Source: Microbotryum violaceum (taxonomy: Eukaryota). Taken from it: DNA of 64,000 nt. Position 1 is the first letter of the stretch. The number at the start of each line of letters is the position of its first letter. The stretch lies in the NCBI GenBank assembly GCA_001244265.2, contig CDLV01000006.1:2294001-2358000 (forward strand), read 5' to 3'. The translations under genes and the position numbers were made by a program. Shown here piece after piece: positions 11,828 through 22,551 of the stretch. The notes under the pieces are model-generated. The model was not told the DNA's origin. It did not search any database and saw nothing but the letters and a program-made list of their open reading frames with translations.

Positions 11828-14614
11828 ATGGCGCAATCCCACACGGCTGCAGCGGCGCAGGCCAACTCGATGCTGCCCTCGGCCAGTGCGGCGCCCCTGA
11901 TCGCCAAGGACAATGACGTGGTCATGCTGGACAACTGTGAGCACGAAACTTGCAAGTGGATATTATGCACCCGGATTCTCATGAGTGACCGCTTCTCCAT
12001 TAATGCCACAGATGACAGGTTAGTTTCCGGAGAGCATGTGGCGGTCCGAGCTTTGGGACGGCGAACACCCCTGCCCCACCTCCTGATCGCTGCGTCCGTT
12101 CTGTCCGTTGTCTCAAGTCTCGCTTGCTGACAAGCATCATCTTTTTATACGTGCCTAGCTTCACGTGGAATCTTGTAAGTCTTGCGTATCCTCTCCGACG
12201 TCCTTCGCGCTCTCCGCAGACCCAAAATTGACTCATCGTGATGTCCGTGTCTTCACCAAAATGTTCAGTACCAGTACCTGTGCCTCTTGGGCGCCAACGT
12301 CACCGTCATCCGATCCGAAGCCATCACCCTCGAACAACTCGCCGAGCAACACCCCAAGCTCACGCACCTCATCATCTCCCCTGGTCCCGGCCACCCACTT
12401 CGCGACAGCGGCATCTCGATTCCTGCGATCAAGGCCTATGCGGGCAAGATCCCCATCCTCGGCATCTGCATGGGTCTTCAGTGCATGTACGCAGCGTACG
12501 GTGGTGAGGTCGACAAGGCTGGCGAAGTCGTGCACGGCAAGACGAGCGCCGTCAATCACGACGGAAAGGGCCTCTTCAAGGACGTCGACCAGTCCGTCCA
12601 AGCGACACGATACCACTCCCTCGCGGCCAAGCTCGAGAGTCTTCCCGAGGAACTCGAAGTCACCAGCCGTACCGAGTCAGGCATCGTCATGGGTTTGCGT
12701 CACCGTCGCTACGCCATCGAGTCGCTTCAGTACCACCCCGAGAGCATCCTGTCCGAGCAAGGCAAACTCATGCTCGCCAACTTTTTGAGCTGGACCAGCG
12801 GCGAGTGGTCCGGCAACCCCGGGTACGAAGCCGCCGGCACGTCCGCGGCAAGCGGTTCAATCAGGTCTTCCGAAGCGATTGCGATTCCAACCCCTGCTGC
12901 GCTGCCGACGATTCTGCAAAAGATCGAGAATCAACGTGCGATCGACGTTGCCAAGGCCAAGGCCACGCCCGGGTTCAAGCCAGCCGATCTCGCTTCCCTT
13001 ATCAACCTGCACGTCGCCCCTCCTCTCATCTCCTTCCACCAGCGACTCCAGGCCAGCGCGGCCTCTTCTACCTCCGGTGGTGCCCCGCACATTGCTCTTC
13101 TCGCCGAGGTCAAGCGTGCTTCGCCTTCCAAAGGTGACCTTGTCGATGGCTCCTCCCCTTCCTCGCCATCGATCGCCTTGTCGTATGCCCTTGCCGGTGC
13201 TTCTGCGATCTCCGTTCTGACCGAACCCAAGTGGTTCAAAGGCTCGCTCGAGGATATGCGAGCGGTGCGCACTGCGGTCGACAGTCTTCCGAACCGACCA
13301 GCCATCCTGCGCAAGGACTTCATCCTTGACACGTACCAAATCGACGAAGCGCGTGTGTACGGTGCCGACACCATTTTGCTCATTGTCGCAATGCTCACGG
13401 ACGAAAAGCTTGTCGAACTGTACCAGCACTCTCTCTCGCGCGGCATGGAACCTTTAGTCGAAGTCAATAACGCCGAAGAGCTCGTGCGTGCGCTCAAGAT
13501 CGGCTCCAAGGTCATCGGCGTCAACAACCGCAACCTGCACGACTTTGAGGTCGACATGGGCACCACGTCGCGCATCGCCGATGTCATTCGTGAGCAAGAG
13601 GGAGGCAAGGACGTCATTCTCATTGCACTCAGCGGTATCACGGGTCGAAAGGACGTGGTGAACTACATGCAGCAGGGCGTCGGTGCGGTCCTTGTCGGCG
13701 AGTCTTTGATGAAGGCCAAGGACAAGGGCGCTTTCGTCCGTGAGCTCTTGGGTCTGCCTCAGCCAGTTCCGGTGATCGAACCCGTGGCCGCTGCGACCGA
13801 AGCCACCGCCCAAGCCGCCGTTTCTGCCGCTGCAAGTTCGCCCCCCAAGACGCTGGTCAAGATTTGCGGTCTCAAGACGCCCGAAGCTGCTCTCGTCGCT
13901 GCCGAGGCAGGCGCCGACTTTTTGGGTCTCGTCTTTGTCGAGGCGAGCAAACGCAAGGTTTCGATCGACCAGGCCAAGAAGATCGTCGACGCCGTTCGTT
14001 CGCGCCCCTTGAGTGGTCCTCCCTCGTCGGCACCATTGGCCCCATCGAACGACTGGTTCTCCTTCCAAGCCGCTCGCCTCGCGTCGCACCCCCGCAAGCC
14101 GCTGATCGTCGGTGTGTTCCAAAACGCGTCGCTCGAGACCTTGTTGACGACGATCGATGCGCTCCAACTCGACATTGTGCAATTGCATGGCGACGAACCC
14201 ATCGGATGGACTCGCTTGCTCAACGTCCCCACCTTCAAAGGGTTCCACGTCGATGCCCAAGTCGAATCAGGCAAGGACGGACTCGAATCAGTTCACTTGC
14301 GCGACGCCACTCGTGCAGGCTACCATGCCGTCCCTCTCCTCGATACCAAGATCGGTAAAGGCGAGAACGCATTGAGTGGAGGATCAGGCAAAACGTTCGA
14401 CTGGTCTGTCGCCAAGCGTTTGGTCGAAAGTCGCGGCGAAGGCCATGCCCGTCTCCCCATCATCCTCGCCGGTGGTCTCGATTGCGTCAATGTCGTTTCG
14501 GGCTTGCAGCGGGTCCAACCTTGGGCAGTCGATATCAGTGGTGGTGTCGAGACGAATGGAGAAAAGGACTTTGACAAGATCCGCAAATTCATCAGTCTTG
14601 TCAAGGGAGCATAG
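11828..14614 (+). CDS. TRP1: Trifunctional tryptophan biosynthesis protein (anthranilate synthase component II / IGP synthase / PRA isomerase)
   Basis: GATase motifs DNYDSFTWN, ISPGPGHP, GICMG, QYHPES. IGPS motifs AEVKRASPSKG, LRKDF, IGVNNRNL. PRAI motifs VKICG, VQLHGDE, ILAGGL, VDISGGVE. Confidence 0.96.
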
Positions 14615-14769
14615 AGGTGGTCGTTCGGTTTTTAGTCTTTTTGTTCCGCTTTCTTCTTTTTTCTGTCGCTCGCAATGCAGGCTCCTTCGCAGTTCTCACG
14701 GAAAAGATCATTCGTTCAAAATTGAGAGTGCATGATGACAACACGTGATTCCGACAAGGCTCATCCTAC

Positions 14770-16794
14770 TCAGAAGAAGGGGCTTACGCGAGTGCTCAAG
14801 ATTTCACCCATCGTCTCATCGTCTTCAGGACCTTGAGTCGCCTCTTCCTCCAATTCCTCGAACCGTCTGTGCGGCATTAAGTGAGACGATACGCTATCAT
14901 CGTCATCTGACACCATGTCATCTATCTCCAGACCTTGGACCGCGTCATGGTCCATAGCATCGGGTTTGCCATTGTTGCCTTCAGTTCGCACACTTGCTGC
15001 CTCCTTCACCGGCGAAGCTGCAACCTGTTTCGCTTCAGGAGCCGCCTTCAACCTCTGCTGCTGCTCGAACTTCCTCTTGTGCGCCGCGACGTCATCAACG
15101 TATTCGAGCGAGTCGGTATTCTGCGTGCTCGACTGCGACCGAACATCCTTGCTGCTTGACTGCGTCGGCTGGGACTGACTATCCTTGCGTTTGTCCGAGG
15201 CGAAGGACGAAACCGTTGATTGCGTATTGAGGACAAGGGAAGTGGAGTCGAGTGAGGACGTGGTGCCATCCGTCGGGAAGCTATACGCAGCAGTCGAAGA
15301 TGCTGTCGACACGGATGGGGTGTGGAAGGTTTGAGCAGGCGGCGGTGGTTGGGACGTATAGCTCGAGCCAGAGGTACCGTTGGAGCCACTACTGTATTGC
15401 TCGAGGGAAGAATCTGTCTCTTCCACTGTCAGTTGTGGTACGGTAGAGGGTCGTTTCGGCGGGGAGACAACAATTCTTTTCGAGGCTTTGGGTGAGGCTG
15501 GGGGATCAGAGCGTTTGAGAGCGTTTGTCACCCCTTTCATTGGATCAGAGCGCGTTGAGAAATTTGGGGTCTGAGTTAGAGTTCGGGCGGTCAATACGCG
15601 GCCAGCGGAAAATGATGCTGCGTCGTTAGCCTGGCTTGAGGTTGACGCTGGCGCTTCAAATTTCGCGGCCTGCTGTTGTGCAGCAGCCTGCAGTCGACTG
15701 AGAATTCTTGAGCGGGCGGGTGGTAGAGGTGGCTGAGTACTGGGCGACAAGTCCTCCTCAATTTCGCCTTCCTCGACCTCGTCGTCGGCGTGCTCCATGC
15801 GGGGCTCGTGCCCGGTTTCTCGAGGAAGCACGCTGTCGTGCACCGAAGGCGATCGTGTTTGAGCAGGATGGTGTACTACGTCCTGCTGCGGAGATTTGGC
15901 CGAACGAGGTCCGGCTGCTTCATCTACTTCCATCCCATTTGTCGTCTCAACAGGGTCATTTTTCTCAACACTACGAAGAACTGCGCGTTTTCGCGACGGC
16001 GTCGATGGGTCGGCTGGCTGGGCTGGCACTGAAGCGGGGGAACGAGTCGGGGTCGGCAAAGACGTCTTTGAATGGTTTCTGCTGCGGGTAGACTGAAAGG
16101 ACGTCGAGTATTGAGCGTACTTCATCACTGGCTGTGTATGAGACCCTACAGCGATGTTCTCTGGTTGAGTACTCACGGATTCGAAAAATGAGCACATCTC
16201 GGAGGCGATGGGGATGACCGCACGCATCCAAGCCTCGGTAGCGGTGGCGAGGGGCGCCGCGATGGCATCGATCGTTCGTACGTCACCGTTCTTGACGGCG
16301 GTCTTATCGAGCTGGAACAAGGCAGCATAGCCGCGGCGAACCTTGTTTTCCTCGGAGAAAGGCGACATGGAAATGCTTGGCTCGACGACCAGTAGGGGAA
16401 GCAGTTGCACGCTCCCCGCGCCATTCTTGTGTTTCGCAGCTTCGGCCATGGTGAAGGCTTCAATCAAGAGTGCTCCCCAATGCAGGTCGAGCAGATCGAA
16501 GCGTTGCTGGGCCCGAGGATGCTGCAGCACCTTGACGACCTCGGCGAGGAACACGCGGTGGTCGTCCGTGAGCTCAAACTCGAACTCGCCATCGAGCGGA
16601 GACTGCATCTCGTTCGCCAGGGCGATGGCAACACGACGGAATTGGTTGGTCGTGCGCAGGGCTTTGATGATGAGCGAGGGATCGCAAGTTGAAGACGTCA
16701 GGGGCAGTTGCGAGCCGACCGTTCGGGCAGCAGCGAGCGCCTCGAGTCGGGTCGTCGCGATCTCGTGTCGCTTCGCTTCTAGTTGGGCGTCCAT
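14770..16794 (-). CDS. Hypothetical protein (helical N-terminus, long S/T/P-rich disordered C-terminus)
   Basis: Uninterrupted ORF of about 670 codons from ATG 16794 (MDAQLEAKR). A possible final intron at ~14787 leaves the 3' end uncertain. Confidence 0.6.
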   Translation of the reverse strand: MDAQLEAKRHEIATTRLEALAAARTVGSQLPLTSSTCDPSLIIKALRTTNQFRRVAIALANEMQSPLDGEFEFELTDDHRVFLAEVVKVLQHPRAQQRFDLLDLHWGALLIEAFTMAEAAKHKNGAGSVQLLPLLVVEPSISMSPFSEENKVRRGYAALFQLDKTAVKNGDVRTIDAIAAPLATATEAWMRAVIPIASEMCSFFESVSTQPENIAVGSHTQPVMKYAQYSTSFQSTRSRNHSKTSLPTPTRSPASVPAQPADPSTPSRKRAVLRSVEKNDPVETTNGMEVDEAAGPRSAKSPQQDVVHHPAQTRSPSVHDSVLPRETGHEPRMEHADDEVEEGEIEEDLSPSTQPPLPPARSRILSRLQAAAQQQAAKFEAPASTSSQANDAASFSAGRVLTARTLTQTPNFSTRSDPMKGVTNALKRSDPPASPKASKRIVVSPPKRPSTVPQLTVEETDSSLEQYSSGSNGTSGSSYTSQPPPPAQTFHTPSVSTASSTAAYSFPTDGTTSSLDSTSLVLNTQSTVSSFASDKRKDSQSQPTQSSSKDVRSQSSTQNTDSLEYVDDVAAHKRKFEQQQRLKAAPEAKQVAASPVKEAASVRTEGNNGKPDAMDHDAVQGLEIDDMVSDDDDSVSSHLMPHRRFEELEEEATQGPEDDETMGEILSTRVSPFF

Positions 16795-17373
16795 CCTGTT
16801 CGAAAGGCCCGGCCTGATGACGCTCCTTTTTGGTGGGAGGTGGAGAGGTGCGAGATGAAGGAGAAGAACGAACTGCGGTACAAACGGGGTATCTCGGTAA
16901 GGTCGACTCGGGGGAATGAATGCCCGTCCCCTCTGGGTCAAATCCCAACTCCCGTCAGCCTTCAGGCCTTCAGGCGACAAAGGTCCCAGCTGACAGAGCG
17001 GACGGTGAGGACGGTGCAGTCTGATGCAGTCACGCGCTCTCACGAGTCTCACGCGCCGACACGTCCTGGCTAATAAACTCGTCTCAAAGTCGATCACTCG
17101 ACGGCGTCGACGCGTTGATCGCCAGAAACTTTCAACACGATGGACAACATTCAGTCACTGGTGGTTCACTTATCCTTTTCTGGAAAAAAAGGTGACAATA
17201 TTGTTCTGCGCTCACTCGCGTCGGTATATTCTGAATAGCTCCGCAAACAGGCCGAGCTGGGTGTATGCACTTTACCTGTCCCTCCCGCTTCACTCTATAG
17301 TTCACTCTTCGCGCTCGTCTTGGTTTCTCGCTTCCTCACCCGTACTTGGCCGAGGCCTGGCTCTCACCCCAAC

Positions 17374-20300
17374 ATGGCGTCCGCAATGCTCTCCCATAGA
17401 CCGCCAAAGGCACGAAGACCTCACATCACAAGTGGCAGCGCATCACTCCTTCCCCGGTTTCCTACCACCTCATCAACCAACTTGACTTCCGAACGGCCCC
17501 CACAAGCCTCTACATCCGCCTCCGCCTCTGTCTCCGCCTCTGCCTCCGCGTCGCATCCACTTTCCTCCCACACCACCACCGACCTCATGGACGAATCCCT
17601 CCTCAATTTCGATCAACTCCTCGTCCAGTCGAGCCACGCCTCCCATCCCGGTGAAGGCGCCCCGACGATGATGATGATGATGTCTTCCAATCTGTTCGAC
17701 GAGGGTTCGTCCATGTTGAACGACGCGCAGATGAGCTTCTTGCACCACGACGAAGATTTTACCATGGTCGTACGCGAAAGGGAGGATAATTCTATAGATC
17801 TGGATGGTACAAGGCAGGTTCCGGACGCGGATATGCGGGAACAACAGCACGTGGAGGAACGCGAGGCGACGAGCCAGAGACCGACTGCGAATCAAGTGGC
17901 CCCTGTTGAAGCTGCCCTGACCGAAGCTGTAGAGGAACACATCGCCCAGCAGCCGCAACCATTGGGCACAGCTTCACAGGGTGAGTCCTGTAAACTTAAG
18001 GAAAATCTTTCGTTGGACTAACACTTAGCACCTCAGATTCACCGATCGACACGCGGACCCTCGACCGATCCCTCCCTACGAACCGACGGCGATCGTCCAT
18101 TTTGCCCATCCTGAAACGCAACGCGGTCGTTCCCATGCCCGCATTGAACGAAAATGATGTAATTGCGCAACCCGCTAGGGCTTCTACGAAATCCAAGCCT
18201 TCGACTTCAGCTTCCTCCACATCGGCCTTGCCTTCGATCCTCGCGACATCTGCTGCTTCAGTTCGGCCCATGAAACCGGCGCATATCCTACCCAAAGATC
18301 ACCCTAGTCATCCAAGGGTGATCGAAGCCAACATCATTCCGATACCCCGAGCCCGGGAACGTTCTCGCTCGAGGCCAACGTCTTCCGAGCCGACCCTTTC
18401 CAGGTCCACCGAAGCCAAGGCCGAAGCCGAACGAAAGCTCTCCCCTTTGGTATCAACACAACGTTCCTCCGCCTCGGTCTCACCGATCACGAAATTAGCT
18501 CTACCCGCACCTCCACTCGTGCCACCACCACCCCCACCACCTCCTCTTCCAAGATTCCTCCCTATTGGCGATTTCCTCGCTCCATTAGCCGAAGTCTCCG
18601 ATGAGGAAGTGCAAAGTCCTCAAAGGGAGGATCGGTTGGAGTCGTTTGAGACTACGTTGCCGACGCCTTATAGAGCATCACCACCGCCAGCGTGTCCATT
18701 GAAGGTTGTGGAGGAGCGGAGGGAGGACTCAATGAACCAGGATGGGGAAGAAGACCTCTTCGAACTAGAGATGGACATAGAAGGAGGCAACGACGATCGG
18801 TACGAGACGCTGGATGCAGATGGGTCGTTACCGAGGATCGGGGAGTCGTTGAAGGACTTTGAACGTCATAACAGAGGCAATGACCGAACAGCAAAGACTG
18901 GGAGAAGGATGACGACGAGCACGCCTGCTAGAGCGGGAGTGTTGGGTGGGCTGGGGAGGAGGGTTAGTGTCGTCGTGGCAGCGGGAGCGGCACGGTCAGC
19001 GGGGCTGAGGAAGATGGTACCAGAGGTCTTGGAGCAGGAGGAGGAACAGGATGGAGGGATGATGAGACCGATCTTGCCGGAGAGGTGCGGAGTGCAGACT
19101 CCCTTCGGTTCTCAATCCGTTACGGCAGTCAAAGAGGCCAAAACATCCTCCACGGACCGACCACTTCCTCTGCCTCCCAAAGCGCCGCTCCCACCTCCTG
19201 TCGCGAACTCGACCTCGGCACCGCGAGATCCTTTGCCTCCGCAAAAGCGAAGAGCTTCAAGGGCGTTCGAAGTGGGACATTATCCTCCCGCGGTGGCGGC
19301 TCCACGCCCCCAAGCACAAGAGCCGATCCCAGCGACTACAACGGCGTTTCGACGAGCTTTGACGGCCATCTCGCACCCCTGGCCCAAAGCCTCCACGTCG
19401 ACAAGAGTCTCCACTCGGACGCCTGTACCCTCAATCCCCACCACACGAGCTACCGAAATCGCTCCCCCCACAACCACCCTCCGACTCAATTACACCTACA
19501 CGCGAGATCCACCGATAGCGCAGTCGGTTCTAACAACGATCCGTCTCTTCGATCCTTGTGGACCCATACATGAAGAGACCGAAGGCCAGCAAGGGCTGGC
19601 TCCGCCCGAAATCGAACGCCCTCGTCTTCCAGCTAAGATTGGGGATTTGACTGTCCCGATGGAGAATACTTTTGGAGCGAGGGCGGAGGAGAGAGAGCGG
19701 TTGAGGAAGGAGCGGAAGGAGCGGAAGGAGCGGATGGCTTTGGGTTTGGGAGCGGAGATTGGTGAAGGGGTCCGAGGGCGAGTGAAAAGGGGCAGTTCGG
19801 CGATGGGGGGCGAGAGGGGGAACAAGAAATCCAAGTTGGACACAAGCGCTTCGTCCGTTGGTGGTGGGGTGTTGGGTACGAACTCCAGACAAGTAAGGGT
19901 CGGAAGCATTCAATGTGCCGACGACTAGTGACTCATTCTCCACCTTCTCTTCACAGAACCTGTCCTCCACCACCGCCGCGGCTACCGCCCCTCTCAAGTC
20001 CACCTCCACCCAGCCCAAACCTTTCACCTTCACCTCGCTCAATCGTCAACGTCCCGCCCCATCCAACTCGATAGCTATCCACAACCGCTCCTCTCTTCAA
20101 GCGCAAAGTGAAGTCGCGCTGGCGTTGAACAAAGCCTCTAACCTCGATCGCTTGGGATGGAGCGAACGACAAAAGTTGAGGGAGGAGGAGGTGAGGAGGA
20201 GGAAGGAGATGGCCAGGAAGGAGGAGGAGGTGAGTTCTGGGTAGCTGTTTTGAGGGTGGGGAGGGAATGGTTGGCTGATCGAAGTGCGTGTGTTTGGTGT

Positions 20301-20406
20301 ACAGGAGGCTGAACGACGGAAGCTTAAGGCTTTGAAGGAGAGGTTGTTGCAAGCCAAAGCTCCCGCTGTGGCATCGGGCGGCGCAACGAGTGGGATGAGA
20401 CGATGA
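17374..20406 (+). CDS. Low-complexity protein with a possible TPX2-like C-terminal region, multi-exon
   Basis: ORFs 17320-18021, 18102-19928 and 19915-20244 plus a last exon ending at TGA 20404-20406. TQPKPFTFTSLNR and EEEEAERRKLKALKERLLQAKAP resemble TPX2 C-terminal motifs by eye only. Confidence 0.5.
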
Positions 20407-20767
20407 TCGGCTATGCCTTACGGATGGTGACTTACCAGTGTGGAGAAAGGAGTCGAATTATTCTTGAATTTGAGAAGGGCATACCTTGTTTTATATGTTG
20501 TCGTACATTTCCTTTCCTCGAGATCTCTCGTGACATCATTCGTTCCATGCAACGCTTTCCCGTGTCCCGTGTGTACTATTTGTTATTGCTCCTTGCGCTC
20601 TAACTTACTCTATGCCAAGTCGTTTTCATGGTGAAACGATGTACAAAGGAAGCGCTTTTATTGCAATTGCGGGTAGGGTATACATCACAAGAACGACAAC
20701 GCCAACAACTTAGGAAACTGTGAGTACGAAAAGAGCGAGCACCAGTCCAAAGTCCGAGCGGTACACA

Positions 20768-21958
20768 TCATGCCGAAAAAGTCATTGCGACTGAGTCGAT
20801 CGTAGAATGTGGTGAGTCAGTTTCCTAGTTCATCTTCGACGACAAGTTCAGAACCACAGATTTACCGAAGAAAGCAAAGAACAAGAAGATGAAAATCTGG
20901 GTGTCAGACCGCCCCGACAACCTCTATCAGTCCCCGAAGTTATAACCCTGATCTTGGTATCGGGTCCGAACTGACTCTTGAAAACGCATCCCTCAAGAAA
21001 CTCTCTTCCTGTAAAGCGCCGGCTCCGTGGGCGCCGCCTCTTCTCATACCGTGAGAGGCTTGGACCCAACCTGGGCCATCGTTGGACCAGTTCCAAGCCA
21101 TAGAGAAACCGGGTAAGGCACCGAAAATGCCAGCGTCGAAGGTGAAGCTCTGGAAGGAGGACGAGGTAGAAGCGCTCGTATTTGTTGTTGAGGAATGGGC
21201 TGGTCGTGGTCTTGGTGGGATGGGCTTTTCTCTGTTGAGTAGGACGAAGATTGTGTCCGGAGGTGCGAAGTGAAGCCATAATAGGAGTTTCCCCGAGTCA
21301 ATGACGTGACGTGAGCAACGAGGGTGGAAGAGGAGACCGATGGAGCGCACCTAGGGTCCTCGTCTTGTCCGTCGACACCATAGATAGGTATAACGGACGA
21401 AGCCGATGCAGGGGCTTTGCAGACGGGGCATTGGGCCCGAGTGATACCGGAAGCGACCGTGAACCACTAGGAGTTGAAGCACATCAATGGAATAGACTAG
21501 CATTAGGAGATGTTCAGTTCCAAAGCTTCAGGGGAAGCGGTGAATAGTCTGACCTCGTGCAGATGCTCCCAGCAAAAGAGATGGCCACACGGGGTGACGA
21601 CGGGCGAGCTAACATCATCGAGGCTGTCGGGTCCCCAAACATGCACGTGATTCAGGAATCAGCGACGTGACAGCGCACCAGAACAACGAGGCCACGCTGA
21701 CCATATGTGGCACACCCAAGGTGTTGTGGTGAATTTTCTCGGAGCTCTGCCTTCGCTGTCGATCGTAGCGACTGCAGGTGAGGATGCAGTGGCACCGGCA
21801 CCGGTGGAATGTGACCGAATGCCGCTTATGGCATGCCCGTTTAAGCCACCTGCAGCAGATAACGAGTGAAGCAACCCATGGGGAAGCCCGTCCATAGTGA
21901 TTGGTGAGATACCTGCATTAGCGGGGAACGAGTGTCGTCTGCGGCGCCTCATCGACAT
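20768..21958 (-). CDS. RNF5: RNF5/RMA1-type RING E3 ubiquitin ligase with C-terminal membrane anchor, ~6 exons
   Basis: Spliced: WVCHICLDDVSSPVVTPCGHLFCWEHLHEWFTVASGITRAQCPVCKAPASASSVIPIYGVDGQDEDPREKPIPPRP...SFTFDAGIFGALPGF...FSRIFIFLFFAFFVAMTFSA*. This follows RNF5/RNF185 architecture. The RING exons are absent from the ORF track. Confidence 0.85.
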
Positions 21959-22551
21959 GCCGTTAGCCGCTTTGGCGAATCGACGAGAACGGTAACAAGT
22001 CAGCCAGCGGGATGCCCGAACTCAACCACTTCGGTATCGCAAGTCGTCAGAACTCGTCAGGACCCCCGAAAGCCCAGCCATAGGCGGCCCTCTCAGAACG
22101 GCCTTTTTCGAGGCAAAATGTCCAACATTTTCCCGGATTCTGACTGAAAATGTCTAAATATGAGGGCCGCCTAGTGTTGAATAATTTCTCAAAACTACTC
22201 TACGAGCTGTACAACGCTCAGAAATTTTCTGCGCTGCATTCCCGTCGCGCGCGGGCAGGAAAGGTTGCGCGCGCGCACCAAGAGGTTAAGAGCGCCACCA
22301 GCGCGACCGCCAACGAGCCTTTTCAAACTGAAATGGTCTCGAATAGGATCTCATCTTTGTTTATCATCTATCATTTGATGGATTAAAATGACACTATAAG
22401 CTACTACATAAAAGAATGCACCCCAAAATAAGGTTCTCAGCCGCGCGCTATATCCTAATACCTAGAAATCTCTGGAAAAGTCGGCAGAAATGCAGTTAAG
22501 CCTGGTTTTGCAGCTGAATCTTCTGCCTCCGGCTTGCCTGTTTTTCTTTGA

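Noticed and set aside
12805-14604. Long antisense and alternative-frame ORFs over TRP1 (and similarly over RAD21, SGS1 and eIF2A)
   Set aside because: Expected shadows of GC3-biased coding sequence.
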